Assembly (NCBI GenBank): GCA_016209685.1
Contig: JACQVQ010000012.1
Location: forward strand, 823 to 64,822
DNA length: 64,000 nucleotides
Direction of reading: 5' to 3'
Source: Planctomycetota bacterium
GTDB taxonomy: Bacteria; Planctomycetota; Brocadiia; Brocadiales; Bathyanammoxibiaceae
Every line of letters begins with the position of its first letter. The first letter of the stretch is position 1. The notes under the pieces were generated by a model. It saw only the letters and a list, made by a program, of their open reading frames with translations, was not told the DNA's origin and did not search any database. The translations under genes and the position numbers were made by a program. Positions 58,651 through 64,000 of this stretch are shown piece after piece.

Positions 58651-59730
58651 ATGATTGCTGCTCAGGAGTTAAGAATTGATTCCGGTGTGCTGGTAACGGC
58701 ACTTACAACCGGGGGTACCTTTATAAGGGTGGTAGTCCCGGAGAGCAACAAGGTCCTGTACCAGAACGAAGAGCTCCAGAAGATATTCCCCGATGCCCTT
58801 CAGCGCCCCTGCTACCATTTCTGGGGTAGGACGTCACACTGTGAACCCTGCCTCTCCGGGGAGGCCATAAAGTGTAACGCCCGTCAGGCGGCGACCGTCC
58901 ATACCCCAAAAGGGGTAACCTTCGCCTGCTTCGCCCACCCCTTCGTCCAACAGGCGGACGGCACCCGTGCCGCCCTGGAGATATTCAGGGACATAACCAG
59001 GGAGAGGGCGCTGGAGCATGCGGTGGAAAAGACCAAACTCCGCCTGCTGGAGGCCCAGAATATGGCCACAGTAGGTAACCTGGCCGGTACCTTTGTCCAT
59101 GCCGTCCGCAACCCGCTTGCAGGCATCGTCCTCTACGTGGACATGCTCCTTAGAAAGGTAGATAGCAACAACTTTGACCAGAAGACCTTAAAGGAGAGCC
59201 TCCTCCGCATAAAGGATTCTGCCGCTAAGTGTGAAGAGGTGACCAAGAACCTGCTGAAGCTGGCCAAGTCTCATAAGGTAGAACTAAAACCAGTAAACCT
59301 GAAAGAGGTCGTAGACCAGGGTCTCCACGTAGTCTCTCCCAAGATAGCCCACAAGAACGTTGACGTTGTGAGGACACTCCCTGACGACCTCCCGGCAATT
59401 ATGGGAGACTTTGCACAACTCCAGGTAGTCTTCATCAATCTCTTCTCCAATGCCCTGGATGCCATGACCTCCTCTGGTACCCTGACCGTACAGGGTGTGG
59501 CCTCCGATTCTGCCGTAGAGGTCAAGGTTGCCGACACGGGCTGTGGTATATCCAAGGAGAACCTGCCCAACCTCTTTAAGGACTTCTTTAGCACAAAGGG
59601 AGACAAGGGCACAGGGCTGGGCCTTACCCAGTCCAGGAGGATTATCCAGACCCATAACGGCAACCTGACCGTGGATTCGGAAGTAGGTAAAGGGACGACT
59701 GTCATCATAAAGTTACCTTACAAGAAATAG
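58651..59730 (+). CDS. cytoplasmic sensor histidine kinase with Cys-rich PAS-like domain
   Basis: CYHFWGRTSHCEPC motif in the PAS-like domain, H-box FVHAVRNPLAGI, ATPase G-boxes DTGCGI and GTGLGL. Confidence 0.85.
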   Translation: MIAAQELRIDSGVLVTALTTGGTFIRVVVPESNKVLYQNEELQKIFPDALQRPCYHFWGRTSHCEPCLSGEAIKCNARQAATVHTPKGVTFACFAHPFVQQADGTRAALEIFRDITRERALEHAVEKTKLRLLEAQNMATVGNLAGTFVHAVRNPLAGIVLYVDMLLRKVDSNNFDQKTLKESLLRIKDSAAKCEEVTKNLLKLAKSHKVELKPVNLKEVVDQGLHVVSPKIAHKNVDVVRTLPDDLPAIMGDFAQLQVVFINLFSNALDAMTSSGTLTVQGVASDSAVEVKVADTGCGISKENLPNLFKDFFSTKGDKGTGLGLTQSRRIIQTHNGNLTVDSEVGKGTTVIIKLPYKK

Positions 59731-59731
59731 A

Positions 59732-59769
59732 GTAGGGGCACGTTGTCCGCCTTAGGCGGATGCCCCTAC
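59732..59769. repeat. 38-nt composite REP (GTAG head, nested CCGCC..GGCGG hairpin)
   Basis: GTAGGGGCACGTTGTCCGCCTAAGGCGGATGCCCCTAC. Confidence 0.9.
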
Positions 59770-59792
59770 ATTAAAGGCCCGTAGGAGAAAAC

Positions 59793-61226
59793 ATGCCAAA
59801 GGAAACCAGTCCAGGGCCAGAAAAGGCTGACAAAAAGCTGGACACGCCTTCCATCATTGATGAACCGACCTCACTCTACAACCATAGATTCCTGATGGAT
59901 GCCACCTCCCTGGAATTTACGAAGGCCCAAAAGCAGGGGCTGGCCCTCTCCCTCATCCTCTTGGATATAGACGATTTCCAGACAATCACTAACGACCTTG
60001 GCCCTGCCGCAGGCGATAAGGTACTGGTAGAAGTAGCAAAAATCATAAAGAATTCCACCCGTGACGTGGACATCGTTGGTAGGTGCGGGGGGGAGAAATT
60101 CTGCGTCCTCTTGCCCAATACCCATCTCAAAAGGGCTACGGCTGGGGCCGAAAGGGTCCGCAATCTAATAATCTCACGCGTCTTTAAGGAAGGACAGGTG
60201 TCGTTTAACATTACGGTCAGTCTAGGAGTCAGTTGCATATCAGAGGTAGACACCGCCTCTGCCAAGGATTTACTTGAACATGCCGATATGAGACTCTATG
60301 CAGATAAACAGCGTGGCAGAAACCGTGTGCTATACAAAAAAGACACCCTTGGGGAAAACCTCACCCCGGGGCAAAGAGAAGCGACCGCCAGCCCCAGCGC
60401 CACCGCCCCATCCATACCTGCCTCTCCCACCCCCAGCCGCACGCCGAGCGCCGCTCTGATGCAATACGGGGCAAAGACCTTGAGCGCCCTCTATATCCAA
60501 TCTATAAGGGCACTGGTAAACGCCCTGGAGCTAAAGGACGGTTATACTGCTACCCATTCCTACATGGTGTCACATTATTCTGCAGCCCTTGCTACTAAAT
60601 TTGGATTGCCACAAGACATGGTGGAGGTTATCAGGACCGCCGGTCTGCTCCACGACGTGGGTAAGGTAGGCGTACCGGACGGTGTACTCAAGAAAAACGG
60701 CCCCCTCTCTAACGAGGAGTTTACCGTAGTAAAAACACACCCGGTGTTATCAATCAAGGTCCTTAATGACCTGGTATTCCTCCGTAAGGAACTTGAGATA
60801 GTCCGCTACCACCAGGAAAAATACGATGGGACTGGTTACCCTTACGCCCTCAAGGGAGACAACATACCCCTCGGGGCAAGGATACTGGCCATCTGCGACA
60901 CCTTTGAGGCGATGACGGCCAACAGACCCTACAGGAAGGCCCTCCCCGTGGAGACGGCCGTAGCGGAACTTAAGAAATGCGCCGGTACACAGTTTGACCC
61001 AAAGCTGGTAAAGGTCTTTATAGATTCATTACCTGAGATATTAAGTGCCCGTCAGATATACCTGGAAGGATTAAGAAAGACTGTGGCCCTGCCCCAGTTC
61101 TCCAGCCAGCCCTGCACCGTTCTGGTGCAGGGCCAGCCCTCCGTCAGTATGGCTGGGGGTCAGGCGAGTCCTCCCTCAGATACTAAGGGAGAGGGCATAG
61201 TGACATCAGCCCCCGCCACCAACTGA
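59793..61226 (+). CDS. GGDEF (degenerate GGEKF) plus HD-GYP domain protein, putative c-di-GMP phosphodiesterase
   Basis: RCGGEKFCVLL in the GGDEF domain, a P/S/T/A linker, HDVGKVGVPD and HQEKYDGTGYP HD-GYP motifs. The C-terminal tail crosses the palindrome CCCTGCACCGTTCTGGTGCAGGG. Confidence 0.85.
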   Translation: MPKETSPGPEKADKKLDTPSIIDEPTSLYNHRFLMDATSLEFTKAQKQGLALSLILLDIDDFQTITNDLGPAAGDKVLVEVAKIIKNSTRDVDIVGRCGGEKFCVLLPNTHLKRATAGAERVRNLIISRVFKEGQVSFNITVSLGVSCISEVDTASAKDLLEHADMRLYADKQRGRNRVLYKKDTLGENLTPGQREATASPSATAPSIPASPTPSRTPSAALMQYGAKTLSALYIQSIRALVNALELKDGYTATHSYMVSHYSAALATKFGLPQDMVEVIRTAGLLHDVGKVGVPDGVLKKNGPLSNEEFTVVKTHPVLSIKVLNDLVFLRKELEIVRYHQEKYDGTGYPYALKGDNIPLGARILAICDTFEAMTANRPYRKALPVETAVAELKKCAGTQFDPKLVKVFIDSLPEILSARQIYLEGLRKTVALPQFSSQPCTVLVQGQPSVSMAGGQASPPSDTKGEGIVTSAPATN

Positions 61227-61232
61227 ACTATG

Positions 61233-61270
61233 GTAGGGGCATCCGCCTCAGGCGGACAACGTGCCCCTAC
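61233..61270. repeat. 38-nt composite REP, inverted copy of 59732-59769
   Basis: GTAGGGGCATCCGCCTCAGGCGGACAACGTGCCCCTAC, the reverse complement of the upstream copy with one loop difference. Confidence 0.9.
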
Positions 61271-61375
61271 ATTTGAATAACAGAGTGGCGTATTGCAATA
61301 TAATTGACAAAAAGGATGAAACCCTTATAGATTGGCCACGTTTAGGCATCTTAGGGACTGGGGATCACTCTATTT

Positions 61376-61406
61376 GTACAAGGGCGACCCGCCGGGTCGC
61401 CCCTAC
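61376..61406. repeat. REP-like palindrome
   Basis: GTACAAGGGCGACCCGCCGGGTCGCCCCTAC. Confidence 0.7.
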
Positions 61407-61426
61407 AGAGACTCCCACGGCTTATC

Positions 61427-61549
61427 TTTTGTGTCTTTCAGAGCACGTTCTAGCGTGCGAGATGTAGCGTGCTAGCTTGCCTGGCACGCTTTGCCTGACA
61501 CGTTTTGGCGTGCGAGACGAGCTCGCACGCTACAGTTTTTGTGTCTTTC
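61427..61549. mobile_element. second MITE-like palindromic element, flanked by a 13-nt direct duplication
   Basis: Direct repeats TTTTGTGTCTTTC at 61427-61439 and 61537-61549. The internal TAGCGTGCGAG ... CGTGCGAGACGAGCTCGCACGCTACA shares its right end with the nuoB/nuoC element. Confidence 0.7.
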
Positions 61550-61563
61550 GGAGGTTACCTGGT

Positions 61564-63846
61564 ATGATGAAAGAGACGATAAGCAGACAGGTTAAGAAAA
61601 GTATCATCCTGAAACAACTCGCACTGACTATCCCGTTAAACGCCCTTTTCGTAGCCCTCCTGGTCCTGGGGTTTTATACCGTATTTACACTGAGGGGGGA
61701 CGCAACAGGCATAAATTATGCAGGTCAGCTACGCTCCCGCTCTCATGAACTGGCCTTACAAATCACTGAATACCCTGCCCTGCAGGGGGGTGCAAGGGAT
61801 GGTGCCCGCAGTGCCATACTTGGCCAGATGGATGAATTTGAGAAGATTTTGTACGGCCTGAGAGACGGCAATAAGGCCTTGGGCCTTAGGGGTTTCAAGA
61901 TGCCCCCAAAAGGGGCGGATTTTAGTTACAATGACCCCTGGTGGCAATTTGATAGACACGTTGAAAACTATAACCGGAGGATGAAGCCTTTAATCCTGCA
62001 CGTCCTGGAATCCCCTAACCAGGAAGAGGCAAAGGAGTCCCTTAAGATATATAGTAAAAATGTCTCTGCCTTCGTAGGTGATTCGGACAGCACGGTACGT
62101 CTGCTGCAATCGTTGTCGGAAAAAAAGATATCATGGTTCAAGAATACAGAGTTTGTACTCCTGGGCCTGTTTCTGGGTATATTAGGGGGTTCTTTCTTTC
62201 TGTCCACAGTCTTCATACAAAGACCATTTCTGGACGTACTTAAAGGGACTACGGCCTTCAGCCGTGGGGACCTAAACTACAGGATACCTGTTAGACGCAG
62301 GGACGAGATGGGCATCCTGGCCAGTAGCTTTAACGATATGGCTACGGCCCTTAAAAGTAAGGTGGCGGAGGTACAGGCCACCCGTGACTTACTCAATGAG
62401 GTGTTAGGTGGCATAGGCTGTCTTGTAAGGATTGTAGACCCTAAGGCACACAGGGTAACTTTTCAGAGTAAATCTCTACAGGCCATCTACCCCGAGGGGT
62501 TAAAACGTCATTGCTACACCATATTGGGGAGAGAGACGGCATGTGAACGCTGTACCAGTACGGAGGCTATTGAAAAGAGGAAGGATTTCTGCAAAGAAGA
62601 GGAGGCGGCCACCGGGGGTGTCTTTTACGAGATACATTCCTTCCCCTTTCCTAACCCCGATGGCAGTATAACTAGTGCCATTGAGGTGATAAGAGACATT
62701 ACGGCCCGTAAGAAGGCGGAATGGGAAGTCCAGACGAGCCAGAACCTGGTCAACGAGGTGTTAGGTAGCATAGGCTGTTTTGTAAGGATAGTAAACCCTA
62801 AGACTCACAAGGTAATCTTTCAAAATAGACCCCTGGAGGCCGTCTACCCCCAGGGGCTGGAACGTCATTGCTACACCTTATTGGGGAGTGAGACGCCGTG
62901 TGAACGCTGTACCAGCATGGAGGCTATTGAAAAGAGGAAGGATTTCTGCAAAGAGGAGGAGGCGGCCAATGGGGGTGTCTTTTACGAGATACATTCCTTC
63001 CCCTTCCCCAACCCAGATGGCAGTATAACTACTGCCATTGAGGTGATAAGGGATATTACGTCTCGCAAGAAGATGGAGGGGGAGTTGGAGGACTCCAGGA
63101 TGCGACTGCTGGAGTCTCAAAAGATGGTCACCGTTGGGAACCTTACCCTCGGTATAGCCCATCATATAAATAATCCCCTGTCAGGGATAAACATGTCTGC
63201 CGACATCCTCCTTAAAGAGATAGATGGGGCAAAAGAGTGTGTCCATTCAGAAGACCTTATAAGCCACCTGAGGAGGATAAAAGAGGCAGGGGGGCGTTGT
63301 GAGATGGTGATGAAAGACCTCCTCAATATATCCAGGTTGCCCAAATTAAGGAAACTACCTACTCACGTGAACGAGGCCGTGGAGCACGCCCTAAACGTGA
63401 TGGTTCCTCAACTGGAACTTTCAAAAATCAAGCTGGTAAAAGAGCTTTCTGATACGGCCCCCAAGATCCTTGGCAGTCGTAGCCAGTTGGAAACGGTGTT
63501 TATGAACATCATCTCTGGTGCCATAAACGAGATGCCTGAAGGGGGTACGCTGACTGTCAGGACGGAGTACCTCTCCAGTGAAGACAAGGTTGAAGTAACC
63601 ATCGCAGATACAGGCCGTGGAATCAATAAAAATGACTTACCCTCACTCTTTGACCCCTACTTTATCCTCAAGATTCGGCCATCTATTAAGGGTACGGGGC
63701 TGGAGCTATCCCTTGCCCAGTTGACTGTTCAATCCCATGGGGGCACCATAGAGGCAGATTCAGAGGAGGGGAAGGGTACGACCTTCGGGGTGAAACTACC
63801 TGCCTGTAAGGAGACCAGCCCGGCGGGAGTAGGGAGTAGGGGGTAG
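61564..63846 (+). CDS. membrane sensor histidine kinase (PilJ/NarX-like periplasmic domain, HAMP, two Cys-rich PAS modules, HisKA, HATPase)
   Basis: ATG 61564 follows GGAGG. INYAGQLRSRSHELA sensor box, HAMP (RRDEMGILASSFNDMA), duplicated PAS, H-box IAHHINNPLSGI, DTGRGI and GTGLEL. Confidence 0.85.
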   Translation: MMKETISRQVKKSIILKQLALTIPLNALFVALLVLGFYTVFTLRGDATGINYAGQLRSRSHELALQITEYPALQGGARDGARSAILGQMDEFEKILYGLRDGNKALGLRGFKMPPKGADFSYNDPWWQFDRHVENYNRRMKPLILHVLESPNQEEAKESLKIYSKNVSAFVGDSDSTVRLLQSLSEKKISWFKNTEFVLLGLFLGILGGSFFLSTVFIQRPFLDVLKGTTAFSRGDLNYRIPVRRRDEMGILASSFNDMATALKSKVAEVQATRDLLNEVLGGIGCLVRIVDPKAHRVTFQSKSLQAIYPEGLKRHCYTILGRETACERCTSTEAIEKRKDFCKEEEAATGGVFYEIHSFPFPNPDGSITSAIEVIRDITARKKAEWEVQTSQNLVNEVLGSIGCFVRIVNPKTHKVIFQNRPLEAVYPQGLERHCYTLLGSETPCERCTSMEAIEKRKDFCKEEEAANGGVFYEIHSFPFPNPDGSITTAIEVIRDITSRKKMEGELEDSRMRLLESQKMVTVGNLTLGIAHHINNPLSGINMSADILLKEIDGAKECVHSEDLISHLRRIKEAGGRCEMVMKDLLNISRLPKLRKLPTHVNEAVEHALNVMVPQLELSKIKLVKELSDTAPKILGSRSQLETVFMNIISGAINEMPEGGTLTVRTEYLSSEDKVEVTIADTGRGINKNDLPSLFDPYFILKIRPSIKGTGLELSLAQLTVQSHGGTIEADSEEGKGTTFGVKLPACKETSPAGVGSRG
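62401..63114 (+). repeat. tandem duplication (2 x 357 nt) of a PAS-module coding segment
   Basis: Unit 1 starts at GTGTTAGGTGGCATAGGCTGT (62401) and unit 2 at GTGTTAGGTAGCATAGGCTGT (62758). Long near-identical stretches follow (GAACGCTGTACCAG...GAGGCTATTGAAAAGAGGAAGGATTTCTGCAAAGA). Confidence 0.9.
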
Positions 63847-64000
63847 GGACCAGGAATTGCGGATTTCGGATTGCGGAATGTGGATTTAAAAATTCGCAAT
63901 TCCAAATTTATAGTGAACTCTACGTAGTTCACTATTCGCAATTCTTCTACACCCAACCCTCTACACTCTAGTCCTTAGCCCCCAGTTTCTACTACCCATC
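63846..64000. repeat. heptamer-periodic nested hairpin element running to the window edge
   Basis: GTAGGGA CCAGGAA TTGCGGA TTTCGGA TTGCGGA ATGTGGA TTTAAAA ATTCGCA ATTCCAA ... ATTCGCA ATTCTTC TACACCC AACCCTC TACACTC TAGTCCT TAGCCCC. Confidence 0.8.

Noticed and set aside
6198-64000. Heptamer and palindrome clusters as possible CRISPR arrays
   Set aside because: The periodicity is 7 nt with no unique spacers of 25-40 nt, the units are degenerate and arranged as inverted arms, and no cas genes are present.
1-64000. Search for integrase, transposase, phage or conjugation genes to explain the islets and repeats
   Set aside because: No ORF in the track shows tyrosine/serine recombinase, DDE or HUH motifs that I could recognise. 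The mobility machinery, if any, must lie outside this window.

Overview
This is a 64-kb chromosomal segment of a Gram-negative-type bacterium (lpxD is present). G+C is roughly 50% by eye, and the codon usage is rich in AGG, AGA and ATA. All gene calls come from motif recognition in the supplied translations. No database search was possible.

Gene content is mostly housekeeping:
- a complete 14-gene nuoA-N complex I operon on the minus strand (36.8-50.5 kb)
- H+-pyrophosphatase and the bifunctional FBP aldolase/phosphatase
- guaB, priA, moaA, cobT, ribE, pdxA, rsmA, lpxD, cinA, ychF, scpB, psd
- a KhtT/CPA2 antiporter pair
- an ADP-forming acetyl-CoA synthetase cluster
- a response regulator / two histidine kinases / GGDEF-HD-GYP cluster
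- one tRNA-Pro(GGG)

I saw no rRNA, CRISPR array, transposase or integrase.

Three things stand out.
1. There are two pervasive repeat systems. One comprises at least 24 hairpin elements whose arms are degenerate tandem heptamers, in several recurring sequence flavours and often nested. The other is a GTAG...CTAC-headed family of REP-like palindromes. Units of this family also sit in frame inside moaA, priA and comB, and encode the last codons of cobT and nuoF. It includes two MITE-like copies flanked by direct duplications.
2. Six toxin-antitoxin-type modules are wedged between core genes. One sits behind a surrogate lpxD 3' end, with the displaced 3' end still present downstream. One hicAB pair is flanked by 31-nt direct repeats of the tRNA-Pro 3' end.
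3. A small islet (26.0-28.0 kb) has a HEPN-MNT pair overlapping an uncharacterised gene that looks like a PD-(D/E)xK nuclease fused to an EVE/PUA-like domain.

Other oddities:
- an rsfS gene with no canonical start codon
- a 105-nt inverted fragment of the acetyl-CoA synthetase gene
- three 13-nt palindromes in the nuoA leader
- a 357-nt tandem duplication of a Cys-rich PAS module
- two small paralogous membrane peptides missing from the ORF track
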